A stretch of DNA of 64,000 nt, from contig CADACQ010000013.1 of the NCBI GenBank assembly GCA_902786465.1, forward strand, positions 2,723 through 66,722, written 5' to 3'. The stretch comes from an uncultured Eubacteriales bacterium. Its GTDB lineage: Bacteria; Bacillota; Clostridia; Christensenellales; CAG-138. The notes beneath the pieces were generated by a model. It did no database searches. It was not told where the DNA came from and was given only the letters and a program-made list of their open reading frames with translations. Made by a program: the position numbers and the translations under genes. Below, in pieces: positions 40,219 to 49,925 of this stretch (position 1 is its first letter; the number at the start of each line of letters is the position of its first letter).

Positions 40219-41302
40219 ACGCACTCTGTTCCACATCGTCAAGCGGGAGGCCCTCCCCTGGTACCAGGCGTGGATGATCCGGGGCGCGGCCATCCTGCTG
40301 GCCCTGATCGTGTGTTCCCTGGTCACGGTCATGGTCACGGGGCTGAACCCCCTGGACCTCTATAAGTCCATGTTCTACGGTGCCTTCGGCACCGAGCGGA
40401 AGACCTGGGTCCTGTTCCAGAAGCTGGCTATCCTGTTGGGTATCTCCCTGGCGGTGACCCCAGCCTTCAAGATGCGGTTCTGGAACATCGGCGCTGAGGG
40501 ACAGGTCATGGCCGGCGCCCTGGCCTGTGCCACCGTTATGATCACCCTGGGCAACAAGATCACCTCCAACTGGCTCATGCTCCTCATCATGCTGGTGGTC
40601 AGCGTGGCCGCAGGGGCCCTGTGGGGCTTTTTGCCTGCCTTCTTCAAGGCCCACTGGAACACCAACGAGACCTTGTTCACCCTGATGATGAACTACATCG
40701 CCATCCAGCTGGCCGCCTACTTCATCATCATCTGGGAGGTACCCAAGGGGTCCGGTAAGATCGGCATGATCAACCAGAACACCCGTATCGGCTGGCTCCC
40801 CTATATCGGCGGCAAGCAGTACGCCATCATCATCATCCTGATCGCGATCTTGACGGTATTGCTGCACATCTACCTCAAATACAGCAAGCAGGGCTATGAG
40901 ATAGCTGTGGTGGGCGAAAGCGAGCGGACCGCCCGGTACGCGGGCATCAAGGTGGAATGGGTCATCATCCGCACCATGATCCTTTCCGGCGCCCTGTGCG
41001 GTTTCATCGGGATGCTCCTGGCCGGCGGCACGGACCACACCTTGTCCACGGACATCGTTGGCGGCCGAGGCTTCACCGCCGTCATGGTGTCCTGGCTCGC
41101 CAAGTTCAATCCCATCGTCATGATCCTGACCAGCTTCCTGCTTGTGTTCCTGCAGTTGGGGGCCAAAGAGGTGGCCACCAGCTTCTACCTGAACGAATCC
41201 TTCTCGGAGATCTTGACGGGCATCATCCTGTTCTTCATCATCGGCTGCGAATTCTTCATCACCTACAAGATCCAGTTCGCCAAGAGCGGTAAGGAGGCAT
41301 AA
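40208..41302 (+). CDS. Nucleoside ABC transporter permease
   Basis: WNIGAEGQ, NETLFTLMMNY, GFTAVMVSWLA. Confidence 0.9.
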   Translation: MKNKRTLFHIVKREALPWYQAWMIRGAAILLALIVCSLVTVMVTGLNPLDLYKSMFYGAFGTERKTWVLFQKLAILLGISLAVTPAFKMRFWNIGAEGQVMAGALACATVMITLGNKITSNWLMLLIMLVVSVAAGALWGFLPAFFKAHWNTNETLFTLMMNYIAIQLAAYFIIIWEVPKGSGKIGMINQNTRIGWLPYIGGKQYAIIIILIAILTVLLHIYLKYSKQGYEIAVVGESERTARYAGIKVEWVIIRTMILSGALCGFIGMLLAGGTDHTLSTDIVGGRGFTAVMVSWLAKFNPIVMILTSFLLVFLQLGAKEVATSFYLNESFSEILTGIILFFIIGCEFFITYKIQFAKSGKEA

Positions 41303-41304
41303 CG

Positions 41305-42300
41305 ATGCTGAACTTTCTCGTGACCTTTATCCCGCGGGCCATCATGCAGGGCATCCCCCTGCTGTACGGCAGCACCGGCGAGATCCTGACGGAGAAATCC
41401 GGCAACCTGAACCTGGGCATCCCGGGTATCATGTACATGGGGGCCATCTCCAGCGTCATCGGCGCCTTCTACTACGAGACCTTCACCCCCAAGGGCATGA
41501 TGAACCCGGTGCTGGCGGTGCTGATCCCCCTGGTCTGCTGCCTTATCGGCTCCTTCCTGACGGGCCTTCTCTACTGCTTCCTCACCGTCTCCCTCCGGGC
41601 CAACCAGAACGTGACCGGCCTTGCCATCACCACCTTCGGCGTGGGCTTCGGCAACTTCTTCGGCGGGTCCCTCATCAAGCTCTCCAACGCGGAGGTCCCC
41701 GCCATCGTGCTGGGCGGCACCAGCGGCTACATCAAGACTACCCTGCCCTTCGCCAACAAGCTGGGCTGGTTCGGCCAGGTGTTCCTTTCCTACGGGTTTT
41801 TGGCGTACCTCGCCATCGTGATCGCCATCGTGGCCTCCTACATCCTCAAGCGCACCCGGACGGGCCTGCACCTGAGGGCCGTGGGCGAGAGCCCCGCCAC
41901 GGCGGACGCCGCCGGCATCAACGTGGTCAAGTACAAGTACGTGGCTACCTGCGTGGGCAGCATGATTGCGGGTCTGGGCGGTCTCTACTACGTGCTGGAC
42001 TACTCCAACGGCATCTGGTCTCACAACGCCTTCGGCGACAGAGGGTGGCTGGCCATCGCTCTGGTCATCTTCACCATCTGGCGGCCCAGCGTGAGCATCC
42101 TGGCCTCCATCCTCTTCGGCGGCCTCTATATCCTGTACCTGTACATCCCCACGGGCACGGAGATGGCCATCAAGGAGATCTACAAGATGTTCCCCTACAT
42201 CATCACCCTGCTGGTGCTCATCATCGTGTCCCTCCGCAAAAAGCGGGAGGATCAGCCCCCCATGTCGTTGGGTCTCCCCTACTTCCGCGAGGAGCGCTGA
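41305..42300 (+). CDS. Nucleoside ABC transporter permease
   Basis: EKSGNLNLGIPG, RANQNVTG, LRAVGESP..AD..GINV, RGWLAIALV. Confidence 0.9.
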   Translation: MLNFLVTFIPRAIMQGIPLLYGSTGEILTEKSGNLNLGIPGIMYMGAISSVIGAFYYETFTPKGMMNPVLAVLIPLVCCLIGSFLTGLLYCFLTVSLRANQNVTGLAITTFGVGFGNFFGGSLIKLSNAEVPAIVLGGTSGYIKTTLPFANKLGWFGQVFLSYGFLAYLAIVIAIVASYILKRTRTGLHLRAVGESPATADAAGINVVKYKYVATCVGSMIAGLGGLYYVLDYSNGIWSHNAFGDRGWLAIALVIFTIWRPSVSILASILFGGLYILYLYIPTGTEMAIKEIYKMFPYIITLLVLIIVSLRKKREDQPPMSLGLPYFREER

Positions 42301-42314
42301 ACCGAATACATGCG

Positions 42315-42345
42315 AAAGCAGCAGGCCGAAACCTGCTGCTTTTTT
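42315..42345. terminator. Bidirectional terminator
   Basis: AAAGCAGCAGG-ccgaaa-CCTGCTGCTTTTTT. Confidence 0.8.
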
Positions 42346-42357
42346 GTTGCCTATAGT

Positions 42358-43200
42358 TTATTCTCCGTCCTGGATATGGAACCCCTGCTCCCACAGGAAC
42401 CGGATAGCCAGCTCCGGCCAGTCCCGGACCCCGTCACTGACGGGCGGCAGATTTTCCCGCCGGTATACGAGATCGTCCGCCGTGGCGAGGCCGTGGCGGC
42501 CTTCGGCGAACACGTGGAGGGCGAAGGCCACGTCCTGCTCCGCCAGAGCTAACGCGAGGCGCATGGTCCCGTCCACGGGCACGGAATCGTCGGTCCGGGT
42601 GTGCCACAGGAACACGGGCATCATGTCCCGCCGGACCAAATGGTCCAGGGAAAGCCTATCTTTCAGAGCCTGATCCTCCCCGCAGAGGTTGTTGAAGCTG
42701 TCCTCGTGGGTCCGGCCGTGGGCGGCGGAGACGGGATAGCAGAGCACCAGGGCGTCGGGCCGGATCATGTCAGAGGGGGCGATATCCGCCACCTCCGGGG
42801 CGTCGTAGAGTGTGCCCAATGTGCCGCACAGGTGTCCCCCGGCGGAAAAGCCCAGGGCAGCCACCCTGTGGGGGTCCACATGGAGCCGGTCCGCCTGCTC
42901 CCGAAGGAAGCGCATGGCCATGGCCGCCTCACGGAGGGCCACAGGGAACCGGGCGGGAGCGCAGGAATAGTTGAGGATGGCGCAGGTGAAGCCCCGGCTG
43001 AGGAACCGCATGGCCACGGGTTCCGCCTCCCGGGGGGACACCCACGAATAGGCTCCGCCGGGCAGGATCAGCAGCGCAGGGAACCGGCGGTCAGGGTCTA
43101 CCTTGGGAATGGGCTCCAAAGCATAGACGACCAACTGCCCACCGTCGCCGGGGGCAGCCAGATGGTAGTGCTCGTATAGGTTTATGGTCTCAATATGCAT
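42358..43200 (-). CDS. Alpha/beta hydrolase (acetyl esterase-like)
   Basis: PGGAY oxyanion motif, GFSAGG nucleophile, D.SVP and G.HGL; start MHIET overlaps the upstream stop. Confidence 0.88.
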   Translation of the reverse strand: MHIETINLYEHYHLAAPGDGGQLVVYALEPIPKVDPDRRFPALLILPGGAYSWVSPREAEPVAMRFLSRGFTCAILNYSCAPARFPVALREAAMAMRFLREQADRLHVDPHRVAALGFSAGGHLCGTLGTLYDAPEVADIAPSDMIRPDALVLCYPVSAAHGRTHEDSFNNLCGEDQALKDRLSLDHLVRRDMMPVFLWHTRTDDSVPVDGTMRLALALAEQDVAFALHVFAEGRHGLATADDLVYRRENLPPVSDGVRDWPELAIRFLWEQGFHIQDGE

Positions 43201-44153
43201 CAGCGCAGGGCGGCCATGACCAGCAGCCCCGTCAGGGCGCAGATGAGCTGGACGATGGCGAAGCGGAATACGGTCTGGGTGTCGGACCAGTGGCGCTTCT
43301 TCCGGGTCTCGTCGTGGAGGGGCGTCAACAGCCACATCATGAAGGTCTTGCTGTGGAAGGTGCGCATGACGGCCAGCTTGAGTAGGCCCAGGCCCCCATC
43401 CAACAGGATGACGATAGCGAAGGGCAGGCACAGCAGGAAGTTCCCCGTCTGCAGCACCAGGATGCCCATGAACAGGCCGATGGCCCGGCTGCCCGCATCG
43501 CCCATCATGACGAGGCAGGGATGGGCGTTAAAAAGCAGATAGGCAAGGACACAGCCTATAAGTGTCAAGACGCAGTGGGCCCAATCCTGGCCCTCACAGA
43601 AGGCGTACAGGGCGTACCCCAGAGCCCCCAGGGCGATGACGGACAGGGTGCCGAAGTGGCCGTCCACCCCGTCGGCACAGTTGCAGCAGTTGATGAAAGC
43701 CCACAGCAAAAACAACCCGATTGGCGCAAACAGCCACCAGGGCAGAGCCACCCGCCATCCAAAGAGGGTGAAGCCGTAGTCGCTATGGGTGTTCATAAAG
43801 GTAACAAGGGCCAGCAGGCAGATGGCCAGGTCCAACAGTCCCTTCTTAAGCTCGCCCCAAGGCAGGTCCGACCGATCGTCCAGATAGCCGGTCAGCATGG
43901 CGGCCAAGGTCAAAAACAGGTAGGCGCAACGCTCCCAGGAGAAGGGCGTCACCAGCAGGGACACCGCCGCGAACACGGGGATGAACACCACGCCGCTGCC
44001 CCGGGCCTTGCCCTTGGTCATCTGGCCGTCCACCGCGTAGGCCCGGCCGTGGTCCTGGGGGAGCTTGTCCCGCAGCAAAGCGATGAGGGCCCCGCTCAGG
44101 ACGAACCCGAGCAGCAGCCCCAGCAGGGCGGAGATGGGTGAAAGTGCCAGCAT
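43200..44153 (-). CDS. MraY-like polyprenyl-phosphate transferase (GT4 family)
   Basis: GYLDD, N..N.ADGVDG, MMGDAGS, TPLHD; many TMs; not in a dcw cluster. Confidence 0.8.
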   Translation of the reverse strand: MLALSPISALLGLLLGFVLSGALIALLRDKLPQDHGRAYAVDGQMTKGKARGSGVVFIPVFAAVSLLVTPFSWERCAYLFLTLAAMLTGYLDDRSDLPWGELKKGLLDLAICLLALVTFMNTHSDYGFTLFGWRVALPWWLFAPIGLFLLWAFINCCNCADGVDGHFGTLSVIALGALGYALYAFCEGQDWAHCVLTLIGCVLAYLLFNAHPCLVMMGDAGSRAIGLFMGILVLQTGNFLLCLPFAIVILLDGGLGLLKLAVMRTFHSKTFMMWLLTPLHDETRKKRHWSDTQTVFRFAIVQLICALTGLLVMAALR

Positions 44154-44168
44154 GGCGGGTCCTCCCGA

Positions 44169-46457
44169 TCAGAACAGGTTCAGGGTGTATTGGTGGGGGA
44201 AGGGCTTCAAGTCCCAGATGTCCCGGGCGTAGTCCAGCACCGTGCGGTCCGAGGAGAAATATCCGGCGCTGGCAGTATTCATAAGGGCCTTGCGGCCGAA
44301 GGACAGGGGGTCCTGGGTGTCGTAGATGGCGTCCAGCTTCCGATCGATATAGGGGAGCAGCTCGTAGAGCACGAAGTAATAGTCCGGCTTCTGCCAGCTG
44401 TTGCCGGTGACCAGGGAGTTGTACAGGCTCCGGAACACACCCGTGCCCCCGTCCTGGAAGGTGCCGTTCACCAGGGTGTCCACCACCCGCTTCACCCGAG
44501 GCTCGTGCTCGTAGATGGCCTTGGGGTCGTAGTGGGGCCGCAGCTCGTTGAGGGTGTCCACACTGGCGCCGAAGCGGTAGTTGTTCTCCTCCCCCGCCGC
44601 GTCCAAAATCTCGATGTTGGCCCCGTCGTAGGTGCACAGGCTCACCGCGCCGTTGAGCATCAGCTTCATGTTGCCGGTGCCGGAGGCCTCGGTGCCCGCC
44701 GGGGAGATCTGTTCGGAGATGTCCGCCGCGGGGATGATGTGCTCAGCGTAGGAACAGTTGTAGTTCTGGACGAAGACCACCCGCATGCGGTCGTTGACGG
44801 AGTCGTCGTTGTTGATGAGCTTGGCGATCTCGTTGATGAATTTGATGACCGTCTTGGCGATGATGTAGCCCGGGGCGGACTTAGCGCCGAAGAGGAATGC
44901 CGTGGGCGGGAAGTCCTTGATCCGGCCGTCCTTGATGCCGTAGTAGATGTCCAGGATGGCAAAGGCGTTCATCAGCTGCCGCTTATACTCGTGCATGCGC
45001 TTGATCTGCACGTCGAAGACGAAGTTCTCCGGCAGGCGCACGCCCTCCCGGGCGTAGACGTAATCGGACAGGGCGCGCTTGTTCTGGCGCTTCACCTCCA
45101 GGAATTCCCGGATGTCGGTGGAGGTCATGTGCTCCTTCAGCTTCTCGAGCTCGGAAAGGTCCAGCAGCCACCCGTCGCCGATCCGCTTGGTGATGTAGGC
45201 GGCGAGCCCCGGGTTGCAGAGGCCCAGCCAGCGGCGCTGGGTGATGCCGTTGGTCTTGTTCTGGAAGCGTTCGGGATAGAGCTCGTACCAGTTCTTCAGC
45301 ACGTCGTTCTTCAAAATCTCGGAGTGGATCTTGGCCACGCCGTTCACCGCATGGCTCACGTACACGGCGAGATTCGCCATGTGGATCCGGTTCCCCTGGA
45401 TGATGGCGTAGGAGGAGCAGTCGATCCCTCGGCTCATGAGCTCGCCGCAGAGCTTGGCGTTGATGCGGTAGATGATGTCGAAGATCTCAGGCAGCAGCTC
45501 CTGGAACAGGTCCGCATCCCACTTCTCCAACGCCTCCTGCATGACCGTGTGGTTGGTGTAGCCGAAGGTCTTTTGGGCGATGTCGAAGCTCTGCTCGAAG
45601 GTGAGCCCCTCGTTCATCAGCAATCGGATCAGCTCCGGGATGCTGACGGTGGGATGGGTGTCGTTGAGCTGGATGGCGTTGTGAGCGGCGAACTTCTCCA
45701 TGGACAGGTTCTCCCGCTTGAACCGGAGCATCAGGTCCTGCAGCGACGCGGAGGACAGGAAATACTGCTGCTTCAGCCGCAGCTTCTTGCCGGCGCGGGT
45801 GGTGTCGTTGGGGTACAGGACCCGGGTGATGTCCTCCACCGCGTTCTTCTCCTTCAGCGTGCCGATGTTATCCGTATGGTAGCCGATGATGGGCATGTCG
45901 TAGGGCACGGCCCGGACGGTCTGGTCCGCGAACTTCACCAGCACCTCGTGGGTGGAGCGGCGGCGGCTCCAGGGGTCCCCGAACCGCTGCCAGTCGTCGG
46001 CGGCTTCGTGCTGATAGCCGTCCCGCCAGCTCTGCTTGAACAGGCCGTACTTATACCGGATGCCGTAGCCGTCCAGAGGCAGATCGTGGGTGGCGGCGGA
46101 GTCCAGGAAGCAGGCGGCGAGACGCCCCAAACCGCCGTTGCCCAAGGCGCAGTCCTCGATCTCCTCGAACATGTTGATATCCAGCCCGTGCTCGGCGAAA
46201 GCCGCCTTCACCTGGTCCAGAAGCCCCAGGTTATACAGGTTGTTATAGACCATGCGGCCCGTAAGATACTCGGCGGAGAAATAGTAAGCGCCCCGGCTCC
46301 GCTCATGCATATGACGGCTTTCGTACCAGGTGTCGGCGATGCCGTCCATGATCAGCTTGCTCAGGGCGTCGTGGATCTGATATACGGTGGCCTCGTTGGG
46401 CGTCACCTGATGATCCTGTTTCAGTCGCAGCTCTATCTTCTCGAAAATCTTATCCAT
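44169..46457 (-). CDS. glgP: Glycogen/alpha-glucan phosphorylase, with an apparent internal in-frame deletion
   Basis: LGNGGLGRLAAC, LNDTHP, KTNGITQRRW, KRMHEYKRQ, EASGTGNMK. Confidence 0.93.
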   Translation of the reverse strand: MDKIFEKIELRLKQDHQVTPNEATVYQIHDALSKLIMDGIADTWYESRHMHERSRGAYYFSAEYLTGRMVYNNLYNLGLLDQVKAAFAEHGLDINMFEEIEDCALGNGGLGRLAACFLDSAATHDLPLDGYGIRYKYGLFKQSWRDGYQHEAADDWQRFGDPWSRRRSTHEVLVKFADQTVRAVPYDMPIIGYHTDNIGTLKEKNAVEDITRVLYPNDTTRAGKKLRLKQQYFLSSASLQDLMLRFKRENLSMEKFAAHNAIQLNDTHPTVSIPELIRLLMNEGLTFEQSFDIAQKTFGYTNHTVMQEALEKWDADLFQELLPEIFDIIYRINAKLCGELMSRGIDCSSYAIIQGNRIHMANLAVYVSHAVNGVAKIHSEILKNDVLKNWYELYPERFQNKTNGITQRRWLGLCNPGLAAYITKRIGDGWLLDLSELEKLKEHMTSTDIREFLEVKRQNKRALSDYVYAREGVRLPENFVFDVQIKRMHEYKRQLMNAFAILDIYYGIKDGRIKDFPPTAFLFGAKSAPGYIIAKTVIKFINEIAKLINNDDSVNDRMRVVFVQNYNCSYAEHIIPAADISEQISPAGTEASGTGNMKLMLNGAVSLCTYDGANIEILDAAGEENNYRFGASVDTLNELRPHYDPKAIYEHEPRVKRVVDTLVNGTFQDGGTGVFRSLYNSLVTGNSWQKPDYYFVLYELLPYIDRKLDAIYDTQDPLSFGRKALMNTASAGYFSSDRTVLDYARDIWDLKPFPHQYTLNLF

Positions 46458-46584
46458 GAAAAACCTTTCCTAAATATGGGCCCGATCGCCCAATATGGTG
46501 GAATTATACCATACCCGGCGCTTCAATGCAATAGGAAAGTCCAGCCATTGCGTCATATTCCGGCAGGAAGCGCCCTTTGGACAC

Positions 46585-47373
46585 TCACTTTCGGAACCGT
46601 TTTTCGAGCAAGGCCACCGCCCCGTACATGAGGGCCGCCAGCACGCACAGGATCACCACCGAGGCCATGACGAGGTCCAGCTTGAACACCTGGCCCCCGT
46701 AGACGATCAGGTATCCGAGGCCCGACTTGCTCACCAGGTATTCCCCCACGATGACGCCCACCCAGCTCATGCCCACGGAGATCTTCAGGGCAGACATCAT
46801 ATGGGGCACCCCCGCGGGCAGGACCACCTTCTCGAAGGTCTGCCCCTTTTTTGCCCCCAAGGTGCGCATCAAAAACTGCTTCTCCGCCGCCGCGGCGGTG
46901 AAGCCGGAGAGGACCGTCACCGTGGTCACCACCAGGGAGATGAGCACCGCCATGACGATGATGGAGCCCATGCCCGCCCCGATCCAGACGATGAGCACCG
47001 GCCCAAGGGCGATCTTCGGCAGAGCGTTCAGCACCACCAGATAGGGGTCCATGACCTCGTTGACAAAGGGCAGCCACCATAGGAGCACGGCCAGCAGGAT
47101 GCCGAGACCCGTGCCCAGCAGGAAGCCCATAATGGTCTCGTAGAGGGTCACGCCCACATGGAGGAACAAACTCCCCTCCCCCCACAACCGCCCGATGGCC
47201 GCCAGGACCCGGCTGGGGCTCGAAAGGATAAACACGTCGAACCACCCAAGGCGCGCCCCCAGCTCCCAGAAGCCCAGCAGGAGGACCAGTACCAAAATGC
47301 GGCACAGGCCCACCGTCCAACCATGGATGCGGATGGCCCGCAGATACGCTGCATGCTCTTTTGTATAGTTCAT
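46585..47373 (-). CDS. NitT/TauT/SsuC-type ABC permease
   Basis: LSSPS, NALPKIALGP, W.GVIVGEYL.S..GLGY. Confidence 0.88.
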   Translation of the reverse strand: MNYTKEHAAYLRAIRIHGWTVGLCRILVLVLLLGFWELGARLGWFDVFILSSPSRVLAAIGRLWGEGSLFLHVGVTLYETIMGFLLGTGLGILLAVLLWWLPFVNEVMDPYLVVLNALPKIALGPVLIVWIGAGMGSIIVMAVLISLVVTTVTVLSGFTAAAAEKQFLMRTLGAKKGQTFEKVVLPAGVPHMMSALKISVGMSWVGVIVGEYLVSKSGLGYLIVYGGQVFKLDLVMASVVILCVLAALMYGAVALLEKRFRK

Positions 47374-48116
47374 CTTTCCAGCTCCTTCCAGATGGCGGCG
47401 AAGTGGTCCTGAAACGCGGGCGTTCCCCGGCGCTCGAGGGGCGTCATCCCCCGGGGGTATTCGAGGACCACCTCCCGCTTCAGGGTGGCGGGCCGGTCCG
47501 AGAACACCAGCACCCGGTCCGCCATGGACACGGCCTCCCCGATGTCGTGGGTCACCAGCAGGGCGGTCTTCCCCTCTTGCCGGATGATGGAGAACACCTC
47601 GTCGGCCAGGGTCAGCCTTGTCTGATAATCGAGGGCTGAAAAGGGTTCGTCCAATAGCAGCAGCTCCGGGTCTAAAGCCAGGGTCCTTATCAGGGCCGCC
47701 TTCTGCCGCATGCCTCCGGAGAGCTGGCTGGGATAGTGGGAAAGGAAGTCGCCCAGGCCGTACTTCTTCAGCAGGGCCACGGTCTTTGCCCGGCTTTCCT
47801 CAGTGAGCTTGTGCTGGACCTCCAGACCCAGCACAGCATTCTTTTCCAAGGTGCGCCACTCCAGCAAATTATCCCGCTGGAGCATGTACCCCATGGGGCA
47901 GGGCCCTAGTGGGAAGCGAACCCGACCCTTGGAGGGCGGGTTCAGCCCCATGATGAGGGACAGCATGGTGGTCTTGCCGCAGCCCGAGGGCCCCACTACC
48001 GCCACGAACTCCCCCTTGGCTACCTGAAAGCTAAGGTCCCGCACCGCCTCCGTCTCCCCCTGGGGCGTGTGATAGTACACGGATACGTTTTCCACCGACA
48101 ACAAGGCTCCTTCCAT
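47370..48116 (-). CDS. NitT/TauT-type ABC ATPase
   Basis: GPSGCGKT, YPSQLSGGMRQ, DEPFSALD, VTHD. Confidence 0.9.
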   Translation of the reverse strand: MEGALLSVENVSVYYHTPQGETEAVRDLSFQVAKGEFVAVVGPSGCGKTTMLSLIMGLNPPSKGRVRFPLGPCPMGYMLQRDNLLEWRTLEKNAVLGLEVQHKLTEESRAKTVALLKKYGLGDFLSHYPSQLSGGMRQKAALIRTLALDPELLLLDEPFSALDYQTRLTLADEVFSIIRQEGKTALLVTHDIGEAVSMADRVLVFSDRPATLKREVVLEYPRGMTPLERRGTPAFQDHFAAIWKELER

Positions 48117-48226
48117 GGGCAGCCTCCTTCACAAAATACATGATACATGTATCCTATGCCCGCTGACAAATTTCGGGAACCTTTCGCCAATGGGCTGCGT
48201 ACCATGTACTATGGGGGTGCTTTCCT

Positions 48227-48397
48227 ATGAAAAGAGCCAAATGTTTTTGCTGCGTCAACTGGCGCAACGTGATCCTGTATCTTCTGCTGACGGTGCTGGC
48301 CGTGATCCTCCTCTGCCTGTTGCCCCGGTGGGTGCTGTGCTTTTTGGTGGTGACCCTTGCCTGTGGATGTCTGGCACTGGTAATGATGAAGCGATAG
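48227..48397 (+). CDS. Small Cys-rich two-TM protein (56 aa), below the ORF-track cutoff
   Basis: Hand translation MKRAKCFCCVNWRNVILYLLLTVLAVILLCLLPRWVLCFLVVTLACGCLALVMMKR; RBS GGGGGTG; fills the intergenic gap. Confidence 0.65.
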   Translation: MKRAKCFCCVNWRNVILYLLLTVLAVILLCLLPRWVLCFLVVTLACGCLALVMMKR

Positions 48398-48399
48398 TT

Positions 48400-49794
48400 T
48401 CAATCGCCCTCGCGATTGATGATGGACCCGTCCACGGCGTTGATGGTCAAAAAGGGCTTAAGGCCGTTGGTGGCCCAGTCCACGACGCCGTCATAGGGGC
48501 TCTCCACGTGGGCGTAGCCCAGGAAGGTCCAGGCGGGGACCAGGAGGCCGTTTTCGGAATTCTTCTCCGGGATGTTCACGAGACCCAGCTCCACTCTTTG
48601 GATGTGGTAGGTCATGTAGGTCTTGTCCCGGGTGCCGTCGTTCAGGTTATTATCATAGATCAGGATCATCTTGTCGAAGATCTCCTCGATTTTTGAGAAC
48701 GGCATCAGGTTCGTCTTCTCCGCCAGGGTCTCCATCATCGTGTATGGCGCGTCGTAGCGGACTCCGGCTACCCCGTCCTTGTCCACGGTCACCAGGAGCT
48801 TCTCATAGTCCCGCTGGTGGTTGTAGCCCTCGTCCCGGGTGCACTCTGCGTTGGTGATGGTCTCCCGGGCGCTGCCGTAGGCCCGGCCAAAGAAGAACCG
48901 CCAGCAGGGCTCGGTGCCGTTGCCATAGAGGTCATACTTCTCCGGCCAGGCGACGCTCAGGGCAAAATCCCCGATGGGGAGCTTGTTCACCAGCGCCACG
49001 GCCGCCGCCTCCGCCGTCCGGTAGTCCAGGTCGTTAGGGATCCTATTCTTATAGATCACGTTGGGGTTGTCATGGTCGTTGCGGATATACTCGATCCGGT
49101 CCACCGTGCCGTCCCAGGGATTGGAGAACACGTATATGCTGGACAGGGTCGCGTCGTCCACCGTGGCCTGCCACCAGCCCAGCATACCCAAGTCCTCCCG
49201 GGCTATCCGGGGCATCTTCTCCGGGGCCAGGCTCTGCTCCGTCAGGGTCTCGGCGAGGCGCTTCTCCACGTCCGCTTTGGTGGAATCGTCGTTGTCGAAG
49301 AGGGCGCTGCCGCCCTCGTCCCAGTGGTCGATGGCACACTGCATGAGCTGGATGGTGGGCACATACCAGGCCTTGGACCGGAGGTAATAGGTCTTTTCCT
49401 CGTTCACCTCCAGGACCTGGGGCGTGACGAACTCCGCCCCCGCAGGCAGCACCGCGTCAGCGAACTGAAGCAGCCACGCCTTGGTCAAGGCCCGCTCCGG
49501 TTCCACCCGGATGATGGGCAGCTCGTTCTCCGGCAGGATCACCTGGGCGTCCACGTCCACCATGAGCCGCCCGCCCGTGCCGGAGAGCTGTTTTTGAAAG
49601 GTCCTGGGCGCGCCCAACCGTTCATAGAAGTCCACCGGCTCCGCCGCCGGTTCCGGCTTCGATTCCTCCACTCTCTTGGCCGTTTCCAGCATCTTCTCCT
49701 GCTCGTTCTGAATGACGAAGGGCTGTTCCGGCGTGGGCTGGCAGGCACTGAGCAGGCACAGCAGGGACAAGCATAGGATCATCATGCGTTTCAT
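48400..49794 (-). CDS. CQPTP lipoprotein paralog 3 (DUF6034-like)
   Basis: Lipobox LSAC-QPTPE; C-terminal LMPF...ELGL...LVPAW.F.G...INAVDGS; RBS AGGAGG. Confidence 0.75.
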   Translation of the reverse strand: MKRMMILCLSLLCLLSACQPTPEQPFVIQNEQEKMLETAKRVEESKPEPAAEPVDFYERLGAPRTFQKQLSGTGGRLMVDVDAQVILPENELPIIRVEPERALTKAWLLQFADAVLPAGAEFVTPQVLEVNEEKTYYLRSKAWYVPTIQLMQCAIDHWDEGGSALFDNDDSTKADVEKRLAETLTEQSLAPEKMPRIAREDLGMLGWWQATVDDATLSSIYVFSNPWDGTVDRIEYIRNDHDNPNVIYKNRIPNDLDYRTAEAAAVALVNKLPIGDFALSVAWPEKYDLYGNGTEPCWRFFFGRAYGSARETITNAECTRDEGYNHQRDYEKLLVTVDKDGVAGVRYDAPYTMMETLAEKTNLMPFSKIEEIFDKMILIYDNNLNDGTRDKTYMTYHIQRVELGLVNIPEKNSENGLLVPAWTFLGYAHVESPYDGVVDWATNGLKPFLTINAVDGSIINREGD

Positions 49795-49881
49795 AGATAC
49801 ACCTCCTGTTCGATGTCTGCCTCATTGTACCGGTCAAATGCGGACGAATTGCAACACGCCTATGAACAGCGCCCCCAAAGA

Positions 49882-49909
49882 TGTTACGTTCTTGTAATGA
49901 TCTTGTAAT
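49882..49909. promoter_or_regulatory. Triple direct repeat with 11-bp period (OmpR/WalR-like box)
   Basis: TGTTAC-N5-TGTAAT-N5-TGTAAT upstream of paralog 3. Confidence 0.55.
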
Positions 49910-49925
49910 TTTGGTGGACAGCCCG

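Noticed and set aside
44190-46631. 813-aa plus-strand ORF and similar long antisense ORFs (8037-9329, 25350-26714, 37306-38430, 56568-61313)
   Set aside because: Shadow ORFs opposite well-supported genes; expected with high GC3 codon bias; no motifs or RBS
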